Part shown: positions 49,419 to 57,565 of the stretch, in pieces
How positions within the stretch are numbered: position 1 is the first letter of the stretch
Layout of the letters: each line of letters opens with the position of its first letter
From: an uncultured Verrucomicrobiota bacterium
Lineage (GTDB): Bacteria; Verrucomicrobiota; Verrucomicrobiia; Limisphaerales; UBA1100
Reading direction: 5' to 3'
Assembly (NCBI GenBank): GCA_902551155.1
Contig: CACDBG010000001.1
Span: forward strand, 4,532-68,531
DNA length: 64,000 bases
Notes under the pieces: model-generated
Told to the model about the DNA's origin: nothing
What the model saw: the letters and a program-made list of their open reading frames with translations, nothing else
The model's database searches: none
Translations under genes and position numbers: made by a program

Positions 49419-50156
49419 ATGATCTCGGACTGGAAACTGACCGGTCGAAGGCGCTTGCGGGCGTTTACCTTTGTCGAGCTTTTGGTGGTTATCACCCTTT
49501 TAGGAGTGCTAGTTTCAATGATGGCACCGGCAATGGCAAAGGCTCTAACTAAGGCTCAAGAGACGTATTGTATGAACAATCTTCGCAATGTCTCGATAGG
49601 CCAAATCCTTTATACTCAGGATCATGATGACCATCTTGTGCCTCATGCGATCAACCGCAAACCTCCTCCTAACGCCATCATTCCTAATGCTAAAATGACC
49701 ATGTGGCCAGATTTGTTGGAGACCTATGTAGGAGATAGGCGGGCATTCCGTTGTCCTTGTATGAAATGTGATCCAGGTCGGGGAATTGGGTTTGGTATGA
49801 ATTTGGGAGTGGCTGGAGAATTCGTGGTAGAGTCGGAAGTAAAAGCACCCCATGCATCGCGCATACTGAAACCTGCACTTACCATTTATTTCGCTGATTC
49901 AGCCTTTATTACCCCTGAGACAATGCATCGTCCCATGAATGAATGGCAGGAGGATACTTCAAGGCCACTGGGCTCGTGGACGATTCGTACACCTGACGAT
50001 CGATTTTGGGATTGGATTCCGACACGCGTAATACCCCGACATGGGGGTAGAGCTAATGTGGGTTTTGTGGATGGGCACGTAGAGTCACTTGAGATCAACC
50101 AACTCGGATTTGGTCACCCAGTTGGTCATCCGGAGAATCTTTGGGATCGCTATTAG
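49419..50156 (+). CDS. prepilin-type N-terminal cleavage/methylation domain protein, H-X9-DG (DUF1559) family
   Basis: RAFTFVELLVVITLLGVLVSMMAP is a type IV pilin-like leader and helix. C-terminal HGGRANVGFVDGHVESL is the H-x9-DGH motif. Confidence 0.85.
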   Translation: MISDWKLTGRRRLRAFTFVELLVVITLLGVLVSMMAPAMAKALTKAQETYCMNNLRNVSIGQILYTQDHDDHLVPHAINRKPPPNAIIPNAKMTMWPDLLETYVGDRRAFRCPCMKCDPGRGIGFGMNLGVAGEFVVESEVKAPHASRILKPALTIYFADSAFITPETMHRPMNEWQEDTSRPLGSWTIRTPDDRFWDWIPTRVIPRHGGRANVGFVDGHVESLEINQLGFGHPVGHPENLWDRY

Positions 50157-50944
50157 CCTTCCCATCGTTTGCCTAAAATGATCTCTGTGCCTTCCGGCCA
50201 TTGTTCCTGCGGTTCAAAATTTGCAATTTCTCCAGCGGATTTAAGGCAGTAACGCTGTTTATCCACGGGGTTACTGGTGGCATACAAGATGGCGAGCGAA
50301 ACAGTTTCCTCAGCCTCCACACAACCGGAAAAGAATCGGCCTGCGTCACTGGGGCTAAGGTAAACATCCTGATAAATGGTTTCGTCGGCAATCTCGCGCA
50401 CCTGTTCTGCATCGCGGGGGCACCATCCCAATCGAGCGATGATGACGCTCATGCCATGCGTGGCCGCGTAGCTGTGCCCGATGCTTTCCAAAAACATCTT
50501 GGTGGCCGCGTACCAGCCCTTGGGCGAGACCGGCACGGTTTCATCGAGCGGCCAGGGGCCCTCGAAATTGCGGAACCAATTCACCTGACCGCTGCTGGGT
50601 AGCACGAGCCGTTGCACGCCGGCTTCGCGTGCGAGTTCCAGAGCGTGATACAGTCCCGTGATGTTGGGCGGAAATAGATTGTTCACCGGATCCTCCACGT
50701 CATCAGGCGTGGCGGCCAAATGAACTAAGACATCAATTCCTTTCATTGACTTTGTGAGCGAATCCAAGTCACAGAGGTCGGCAACGGTGGCATCGGGCAA
50801 GTGTGGAGAAGGCGCGCGGTCAAATCCCCGAACGTTATGGCCTCGTTTTAGAAGGCCATTGACTGCCGCTTGCCCAACTCTACCAGCTGAGCCGGTGACC
50901 AACACCGTTTTCTTTTCTATCATTCGTGATTGAGAGTGTTTCAT
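50153..50944 (-). CDS. NAD-dependent epimerase/dehydratase family protein
   Basis: 263 aa with VLVTGSAGRVGQAAV (Rossmann fold) and the YAATK (YxxxK) catalytic motif. Confidence 0.8.
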   Translation of the reverse strand: MKHSQSRMIEKKTVLVTGSAGRVGQAAVNGLLKRGHNVRGFDRAPSPHLPDATVADLCDLDSLTKSMKGIDVLVHLAATPDDVEDPVNNLFPPNITGLYHALELAREAGVQRLVLPSSGQVNWFRNFEGPWPLDETVPVSPKGWYAATKMFLESIGHSYAATHGMSVIIARLGWCPRDAEQVREIADETIYQDVYLSPSDAGRFFSGCVEAEETVSLAILYATSNPVDKQRYCLKSAGEIANFEPQEQWPEGTEIILGKRWEG

Positions 50945-51003
50945 ATTCCGCTGCTGAGGCCAATTTATTTGCCATATTGGAACCCTCTGCCAGAGTATTT
51001 CGT

Positions 51004-51933
51004 ATGCGGCACATCATGTTTATATTGCTGGTAATTTTGGTTCATACAGTTTCAGCCCAGCGCCAAAAGGAATGGCCCGCTGCCATTAAAGGTTCGGAGA
51101 AGGTGGTTTACAAAACCATCGGTGAAGTAAAATTACATTTACATATCTTTCATCCCTCAAAACAAAAAAATAATGCGGCAGCTATAGTGTTTTTCTTTGG
51201 GGGAGGATGGAAGGGAGGTACTCCGGTTCAGTTTGAGCAGCAGTGCCGTTATTTTGCCAGTCGGGGCATGGTGGCAATTACTGCCGAGTATCGTATTCGC
51301 AATCTACACGGCACGCTGGCTACGGCCTGCGTAGAGGATGGTAAGAGTGCAATTCGCTGGATCCGTAGTCATGCAGGAAAACTAGGAGTGAACCCGGATC
51401 GTATTGCCGCCGGCGGTGGTTCGGCAGGGGGGCATGTGGCTGCCTGTTCAGGTGTGGTGAAGGGGTTTGAGGCAAAGGCAGAGAAAACAAAAATCAGTTC
51501 GGTGCCTAATGCAATGATTCTATACAATCCAGCTTGCGTGCTGGCTCCGATCCCCAGTCATAAAGATTACTTAAATGAGGCGAATATTGCCGGCTTGCGC
51601 GAACGAATGGGAGTGGCGCTTGAGAGGCTTTCGCCCTGGCACAATGTAGAAAAAGGCGCTCCGCCATCTCTGGTCTTGCATGGCGAGTCAGATTCAACCG
51701 TGCCCTTTTGGACTTCCAAAGTATTTGTAGAAAAAATGCAAAAGATGAGCAACCAAGCCGAGCTGGCTGCTTACCCCGGAGAAGGTCATGGGTTCTTTAA
51801 TTTTGGCCGTAAAGAAAATAAAATGTTTGTAGCCACCATGAGGCGCACCGATGAATTTTTAGCCAAGCTCGGTTGGTTGAAGGGTAAGCCGACGGTTGAT
51901 CGGTTTATTGCCTCGTTGCCCAAGGGCCGGTGA
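51004..51933 (+). CDS. secreted alpha/beta hydrolase (esterase/lipase, HSL-like)
   Basis: Signal MRHIMFILLVILVHTVSA at ATG 51004. Oxyanion-type VFFFGGGW, nucleophile elbow GGSAGG (GxSxG), and a C-terminal GEGHGF histidine. Confidence 0.8.
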   Translation: MRHIMFILLVILVHTVSAQRQKEWPAAIKGSEKVVYKTIGEVKLHLHIFHPSKQKNNAAAIVFFFGGGWKGGTPVQFEQQCRYFASRGMVAITAEYRIRNLHGTLATACVEDGKSAIRWIRSHAGKLGVNPDRIAAGGGSAGGHVAACSGVVKGFEAKAEKTKISSVPNAMILYNPACVLAPIPSHKDYLNEANIAGLRERMGVALERLSPWHNVEKGAPPSLVLHGESDSTVPFWTSKVFVEKMQKMSNQAELAAYPGEGHGFFNFGRKENKMFVATMRRTDEFLAKLGWLKGKPTVDRFIASLPKGR

Positions 51934-53260
51934 CAGCTAGGGTAAAGCCGGCATGTTGGATGTTAACGAATAATGTTGTGCCGTCCGGGGAAAAACAGGC
52001 CCCGGCAAATTCACTGTTGCTTTTAGCATTGCGGCCGAGCTTAAAGAATTTTCCCTCAGGCGTAATGCCTACTAGGAACTGTTCGGCGCCGCCATCCTCG
52101 CACAGGATAAGGTCTCCCCACGGGGCTACGGTGAGGTTGTCGCAATTGTCGCACAGTGCCTCGTCGTTCGGCTCAGCAAACAGTTCCAGTGTGTTACCGG
52201 TAAGCCGCCAAACTTGCCCGTCCTTTTTCTTGCCACCGTTGGTGCAGGCAAAATAAATTGAGTCGCGCGAATACCACATGCCTTCACCGCGGGCGAATTG
52301 TGCCGCCCCTTTTTTGAAGCCGCGTTGGCGCAGGTCGTCCTTGGGCGATTCCACGTTATCCATGTCCAGCCACTTCACAGGCAGCTTTGCACCCACCTCT
52401 ACGCTTTGTTTTTCCCAGTTTCGTGTATCCAGAGACGGTAAGCCGTCCACGGCCAGTGCCTGAAGTTTTCCGCCTTTCGCGAGTTGTCCTTTTACTTTGG
52501 GAATGAACCGGTAAATCAAACCATCACCGCGATCTTCCGTCTCGTAAACAATACCTGTTTTGGGATCAACCGCTACTGCCTCGTGGTTGAACCGTCCCAT
52601 TGCTTTAAGCGGTACTGCCTTGGTCAGCGTGGGTTTAGCAGTGACGGGTACTTCAAAATTATAGCCATGATCCTGCGCCAATGTTTTGCTGGTCCGGTCT
52701 GTGGTTTCTTCGCAAGTGATCCAGCTGCCCCAAGGGGTCAGACCGCCTGCACAATTCTTGAGAGTGCCGGCGAGGCTGAGAAACTGGCGTACCACCTTAT
52801 GGCTTTTGGTGTCGTACACCATGGTGCTGGTTCCACCGAGGCAGGCTGCCGTTGAGCCTTCCTTCAATTTCGTATCGGCATCATACATCTTGGCGCGAAT
52901 GGCATCGGTCAGTAGCGCGTTTTGTTTGCCGAAAGCCCCGAGGGAAGGATTCACGGCGGGACTGATCTCGTGATTACGAATAAGGATCGTCGTACCGTTT
53001 GGTCCGGGAAAAGCTGCCATGCCATCGGGCTTGCCGGGCAGGATGAGTCCGTCATCCATCTTCTCGCCCGCCTTGGAAATGATTTTGTAGGAAAACCCCT
53101 TGGGCAGCTCCAATACCTTGGCTTTATCCGGCAACAAAGGCCCATAACCTTCAGTGCGTAAAGAATCCTTTTGTGCCAAGCGCGCACTCAGCGTTTGCAA
53201 TCCACTAAAGCCTATTGCAATAGCGGTGGAATTTCTTAGAAATTGTCGGCGGGTATCCAT
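51905..53260 (-). CDS. Tat-exported DUF839/PhoX-like protein
   Basis: Twin-arginine leader MDTRRQFLRNSTAIAIGFSG. LPKGFSYKIISKAGEKMDDGLILPGKPDGMAAFPG...IRNHE is collinear with the DUF839/PhoX pattern. Confidence 0.75.
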   Translation of the reverse strand: MDTRRQFLRNSTAIAIGFSGLQTLSARLAQKDSLRTEGYGPLLPDKAKVLELPKGFSYKIISKAGEKMDDGLILPGKPDGMAAFPGPNGTTILIRNHEISPAVNPSLGAFGKQNALLTDAIRAKMYDADTKLKEGSTAACLGGTSTMVYDTKSHKVVRQFLSLAGTLKNCAGGLTPWGSWITCEETTDRTSKTLAQDHGYNFEVPVTAKPTLTKAVPLKAMGRFNHEAVAVDPKTGIVYETEDRGDGLIYRFIPKVKGQLAKGGKLQALAVDGLPSLDTRNWEKQSVEVGAKLPVKWLDMDNVESPKDDLRQRGFKKGAAQFARGEGMWYSRDSIYFACTNGGKKKDGQVWRLTGNTLELFAEPNDEALCDNCDNLTVAPWGDLILCEDGGAEQFLVGITPEGKFFKLGRNAKSNSEFAGACFSPDGTTLFVNIQHAGFTLAVTGPWATRQ

Positions 53261-53267
53261 AATTTGG

Positions 53268-54677
53268 TTATTTCAGTATTGGATCTTTTATTTTTTTCAT
53301 TCGTGCTAGAATCATGCCGTGCAGTTCCTTCACCACAGTTGCATTTTTCTTTTCTGCAATTACATTGCGCGATTCGGCGGGGTCATTCTTCAGGTCAAAT
53401 AACTCATCACGTTCCGGGTTCAGAAAGTCGCGCACCAGTTTCCAGTTCGTTGTGCGGATCATACGCATGTGCGTCTTGCTCTGGTGATGGGTGCTGTACT
53501 CGCCGTAGCACACGTCCGGCCAACTGGTTTTTTCACCGAGTAACGTCCCACTAATGTCACGTCCACGAATGATCTCACCCTTGGGTGATGCTACGCCTAC
53601 TAACTTCAGCAGCGTGGGATACCAGTCAAGGTTGCTTACCGGCAGCTCCAGCACTGTTCCCGGTGTAATGTGGCCGGGCCAGCGTACGGCGGTGGGCACG
53701 AAGATGGAGTTGTCATACATATTCGGTCGTTGATTACGCGGGATGTTCTTGTTGGTGACGGCCGGTGGTGGCTTTAGCACCCAATGACCGTTGCCTTTGT
53801 GCCAAATACCGTTATGGCCCATGCTGTAGCCGTGGTCGCTGGTGAATACCACGATGGTATTATCAGCCAACTTTAACTTATCCAGCAGTTTCAACACCCG
53901 ACCCACGTTGCGGTCCACCCCCTTCACGCTGCCGAGGTATTCGCGCGTCATCCGCTTCACGCGCGCCACATCAAGGTTCGGGTAATCGGGATTGGGAATC
54001 TGCGGATCCAGATTCTCGAAGGGCTTACGGTCACTCTCCGGCTGGGGAAGCCAGCGCGTATGCGGCGCGCGATAATGCAGGCACAAGAGAAACTCTTTCT
54101 TTTGGTTACGCTTGATAAACTCCAACGCATCGTCGGTCAGCACATCATACGTGTACCCCTCCGTCTTGGCGTTCTTACCGTTCACCTCCAGCGTGGGATT
54201 AATCACCACCGTGCCGCCGGTACGAAAACCCATGAAATAATCGAAACCCGTTTTGGTTGGGTGAAACTTGTCCGGCACACCCAGGTGCCACTTGCCCACC
54301 AGCCCGGTGTGATACCCCGCTGCCTGCATGGCCTCGGTCCAAGTCACCGTCTTGGGTGGCAGCCCCAGCTGTGGCTCATTACGCGGATGAATCCAGTCAG
54401 TGATCCCCAATTCGCTGCCGTACCGGCTGGTCATCAGGCTGGTGCGCGAGGGACTGCAAACCGGCGTCACCACATACGCTTTTTTGAGATACATCCCCTG
54501 CTTGAAAAGCTTGTCCAGATGTGGCGTATCCGCATTCGGATGCCCTGAAACCCCCAACGCCCACGGTGCCTGATCATCGGTGAGGATGAAGACCACATTC
54601 GGTCGCTGCTCCTTGGCGGTGGCCAATGAGCAGAGTAAGGCGACTAATACCAGAGGAACCCGGGAGAAAATCTGCAT
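53268..54677 (-). CDS. sulfatase (formylglycine-dependent arylsulfatase family)
   Basis: 469 aa with a signal peptide, PNVVFILTDDQ, and the CSPSRTSLMTSRY (CxPxR) motif. Confidence 0.9.
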   Translation of the reverse strand: MQIFSRVPLVLVALLCSLATAKEQRPNVVFILTDDQAPWALGVSGHPNADTPHLDKLFKQGMYLKKAYVVTPVCSPSRTSLMTSRYGSELGITDWIHPRNEPQLGLPPKTVTWTEAMQAAGYHTGLVGKWHLGVPDKFHPTKTGFDYFMGFRTGGTVVINPTLEVNGKNAKTEGYTYDVLTDDALEFIKRNQKKEFLLCLHYRAPHTRWLPQPESDRKPFENLDPQIPNPDYPNLDVARVKRMTREYLGSVKGVDRNVGRVLKLLDKLKLADNTIVVFTSDHGYSMGHNGIWHKGNGHWVLKPPPAVTNKNIPRNQRPNMYDNSIFVPTAVRWPGHITPGTVLELPVSNLDWYPTLLKLVGVASPKGEIIRGRDISGTLLGEKTSWPDVCYGEYSTHHQSKTHMRMIRTTNWKLVRDFLNPERDELFDLKNDPAESRNVIAEKKNATVVKELHGMILARMKKIKDPILK

Positions 54678-54749
54678 CTCTGATGCTAGTCACCATACGA
54701 TGCTTCGCCAAGCGGTTTTGTTTCTTAAACCACCCATTCGCCACACCCA

Positions 54750-55844
54750 TCACTCCTTCAGCGCGTCCAGTTGGGCCTTGGCCTTCTTGGTATGGGGATG
54801 ATTGGGGCCCAGTTTCTTGAGAAAAATGGCGTGACCTTTCCCGATAAACTCCTTGGACTTGGCCAGATCCTTCTTGGCTTTGTAGACATAAGCCATGTTG
54901 TGGTAGTTGATGGCCACATTAGGATGCTCCGGCCCCAGTTGTTTGAGCTGGATCGCCAATGATTTCTGGTAATGCTCTAACGCCTTATCGTACTTGCCCT
55001 TCTTACGGTGCACCCTCCCGATGTTGTTGTAGCTCATGGCCACATCGGGATGCTCCGGCCCTAGTTGTATGAGCTGGATCGCCAGTGCTTTCTGGAAATA
55101 CTCTAACGCCTTATCGTACTCGCCCTTGTTATCGTGCTCCAACCCTATGATGTTGTAGCTGATGGCCACATCAGGATGCTCCGGCCCTAGTTGTTTGATC
55201 TTGATCGCCAGTGATTTCTGGAAATACTCTAACGCCTTATCGTACTCGCCCTTGTTACGGTGCACCCCCCCGATGTTGTTGTAGCTGTTGGCCACATCTG
55301 TATGCTCCGGCCCCAAGTGTTTGAGCTTAATCGCCAGTGATTTTTGGTGATGCTTCAGAGCCTTGTCGTACTCGCCTTTGTTATTGTGCACCAACCCGAT
55401 GTTGTTGTAGCTGGTGGCCACCTCAGGATGCTCCGGCCCCAGGTGTCTGAGCTTAATCGCCAGTGATTTTTGGTGATGCTTCAGCGCCTTGTCGTATAGG
55501 CCGGCATAATCCAGGGCGCTTCCCAGTTCATTGTGCAGGTGGGATAATTGCACCCAGTTGGGCGCAAGCTTGGCTTCTTCAGCGGCCAGTTCCACGGTGT
55601 ACAACTGCGCCGCTTCCCAATAGTTACCGGCTTCATGGGCCTTTTCGGCTGCTTTCATCCCGGGCGTCAACGTGGCCTTGGTCGGCTCTACCTTGGGCTT
55701 GGCTGGTGGCTGCTCGGGCTCCTTGACCGGAGGTTGAGCCGGTGGATTAACTTCTGGCCCATTGGCCTCTTGCTCAGGCGCTTTCTTCCCGCAGCCAATC
55801 AGCAGGGAAAGGGACAAAATAAGCAGTCCGCAGCTGGGTTTCAT
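54750..55844 (-). CDS. TPR-repeat lipoprotein (kinesin-light-chain-like 42-aa TPRs)
   Basis: Lipobox LSLLIGC after MKPSCGLLILS (ATG 55844), a P/E/K-rich linker, then at least 5 units of YDKAL(K/E)xxQKSLAIxLxxLGPEHPxVAxSYNNIGxVHxxKGE. Confidence 0.85.
   Translation of the reverse strand: MKPSCGLLILSLSLLIGCGKKAPEQEANGPEVNPPAQPPVKEPEQPPAKPKVEPTKATLTPGMKAAEKAHEAGNYWEAAQLYTVELAAEEAKLAPNWVQLSHLHNELGSALDYAGLYDKALKHHQKSLAIKLRHLGPEHPEVATSYNNIGLVHNNKGEYDKALKHHQKSLAIKLKHLGPEHTDVANSYNNIGGVHRNKGEYDKALEYFQKSLAIKIKQLGPEHPDVAISYNIIGLEHDNKGEYDKALEYFQKALAIQLIQLGPEHPDVAMSYNNIGRVHRKKGKYDKALEHYQKSLAIQLKQLGPEHPNVAINYHNMAYVYKAKKDLAKSKEFIGKGHAIFLKKLGPNHPHTKKAKAQLDALKE
54867..55496 (-). repeat. five tandem 126-bp coding repeats (TPR units)
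   Basis: The string ggccacatc.ggatgctccggcccc/tagttgt.tgagct.gatcgccagtg.tttctgg recurs with a 126-nt period. Confidence 0.85.
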
Positions 55845-55931
55845 GGGGCCAATCCTACCCGAGCTCTGGTTACTCCACAAGTCGATGCTGCAGGCTTGTG
55901 TGTCGGTGAGATTGCGGCAGACTCAGGGCCT

Positions 55932-56627
55932 ATGAGCACTAACTTTTTGCGCCTGTTGGGTGCCTATGTTGTAATGGGGATTCTTTTCGCATTAACCGCA
56001 CGGGCTGCTGAGGCCCCCAAGGTTGCGAGTTTTTCCACGGCATTAAATTGGGTAACCAAGTCGCGCGAGTATCAGGCGGTTTGTTTACAGACTTACGCCA
56101 ATGCCTGGGACAAGGTTGCGGCCGCTGCCAAGAAGCAAAAGGGGCCGTGGACCATCGTGATGGATTTGGATGAAACCGTGCTCGATAATTCCGGTTACCA
56201 ACGGCGGTTGGAGGCCAGTGGGCAAGGGCACACACAGGAGGCTTGGGAGGTTTGGGTCGCGGAGCGCAAAGCCGGACTCGTGCCGGGGGCCAAGGAATTC
56301 ATCGCCAAGGTGCGCAAGCTACCGAATGGGCGGATTATATTTATCAGTAACCGTTATGCCCGAAACACCGACCACTCACGCGCCAACGTGAACCAACTGG
56401 GTCTCGGCGATAAGAGTGATATTTACCTGCTACGCAAGGATCGCAAGGATCGCAAGAATCTCCGCCGCGCCGAGGTGCTGCAAGGCAAAGGCCGCATCAA
56501 GTCACACGGTGCGCAGAAGGTGCTGGCATGGTTCGGTGACGCTGCTCACGATTTTCCTGATGATTCCAAGCTCAAGTGGGGGACACACAAGTTTATGCTT
56601 CCTAATCCGGTTTACGGCGATTGGTAG
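55932..56627 (+). CDS. class B/C acid phosphatase, 5'-nucleotidase lipoprotein e(P4)-like (HAD superfamily)
   Basis: Signal MSTNFLRLLGAYVVMGILFALTARA at ATG 55932. The HAD motif I context is WTIVMDLDETVLDNSGYQ, and FISNR also occurs. The track ORF start at 55548 is an antisense artefact over the TPR gene. Confidence 0.8.
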   Translation: MSTNFLRLLGAYVVMGILFALTARAAEAPKVASFSTALNWVTKSREYQAVCLQTYANAWDKVAAAAKKQKGPWTIVMDLDETVLDNSGYQRRLEASGQGHTQEAWEVWVAERKAGLVPGAKEFIAKVRKLPNGRIIFISNRYARNTDHSRANVNQLGLGDKSDIYLLRKDRKDRKNLRRAEVLQGKGRIKSHGAQKVLAWFGDAAHDFPDDSKLKWGTHKFMLPNPVYGDW

Positions 56628-56629
56628 AG

Positions 56630-57565
56630 CTATTGATTTAATAAAGCCATTACCGCCCAGCAGGTGGCACTGATGGAGATAAATTGATCCTGTCCATGAG
56701 GGAAACCGCTTTCAAAATATTTCTGGATGGGCTTACTGCGGGTCTTGACCTGCCATGAGCCATCGGCCTTCTGGTTTTTGAGTAGCCATTGCGCGCCGCG
56801 TTTGTATTGCGGATAGTCTGTCTTGATAAATCCACTTTGTCTTAGCACGGTTAAGGCTTGGCCGGTGGCATAAGCATCACTATTCATCGTCGGTAATTGT
56901 GCCCACCCTCCATCCTTACGTTGCAGTTTTAAAAGAGCTTTGGCTGCAGTGTGGGTTTCTTCTTTTAGTCCGGCCCAGTACAGGCCGAGAATTTTGTAGG
57001 TGTGATCTTCATTGGTATTGGCTTGGTTTTTCACCAGCCATTGTGTGGCTTTCTCAGCGTGTTTGGTTTGAGCCGTGGCCTTAAGCCCTAAGGCGGTGGC
57101 GGTAAAGTGGCTATTCTCCAGTGGTGGCCTATGGGTACGGATACGCCAACTGCCATCAGATTTTTGTGTTTTGATGAGATACTGGATTAAGGCGTGAGTG
57201 GTTTCATCGGCTGGTTCTTTTGCTGCAGCCAATCCGGCAAGGGCATAGCCCGCACTGTAGGATCCCCCTGGAACGCCCTCGCCCTTGGGGAGGCGATCCT
57301 TGCGGTCAGTGAAATATTCCAAGGTAAATTTGGATTGCGCCGAAACGATTTCATCTTGAATGGTAAATCCGGCCAATTTGCTCTGGCTTAGTGCTATAAC
57401 GGTGAGTGCCTGATGATGACAGGAGAAACAGGAACGTTCCTCAATATATGTTGCCGCGCTTTTTTCAATTAGACCAATAGCACGCTTCACAGCCGTGTGA
57501 ACGGCATCCTCGGCACTGAGCCACTGGATGGGAGTGACAAAAAATAATAAAACAGAGATTCTCAT
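56630..57565 (-). CDS. prenyltransferase/squalene-oxidase-repeat (alpha/alpha toroid) protein with a CxxCH motif
   Basis: Signal MRISVLLFFVTPIQWLSA. CFSCH lies at 57416-57430. Repeats KSDGSW, RKDGGW and KADGSW are typical of terpenoid-cyclase-like toroid repeats. The ATG at 57565 overlaps the upstream TGA (ATGA). Confidence 0.75.
   Translation of the reverse strand: MRISVLLFFVTPIQWLSAEDAVHTAVKRAIGLIEKSAATYIEERSCFSCHHQALTVIALSQSKLAGFTIQDEIVSAQSKFTLEYFTDRKDRLPKGEGVPGGSYSAGYALAGLAAAKEPADETTHALIQYLIKTQKSDGSWRIRTHRPPLENSHFTATALGLKATAQTKHAEKATQWLVKNQANTNEDHTYKILGLYWAGLKEETHTAAKALLKLQRKDGGWAQLPTMNSDAYATGQALTVLRQSGFIKTDYPQYKRGAQWLLKNQKADGSWQVKTRSKPIQKYFESGFPHGQDQFISISATCWAVMALLNQ

Noticed and set aside
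55548-55931. 5' extension of the phosphatase ORF (track 55548..56627)
   Set aside because: The extension lies antisense to the TPR repeat array and is Gly/Arg/Leu-rich. A proper signal peptide starts at ATG 55932.
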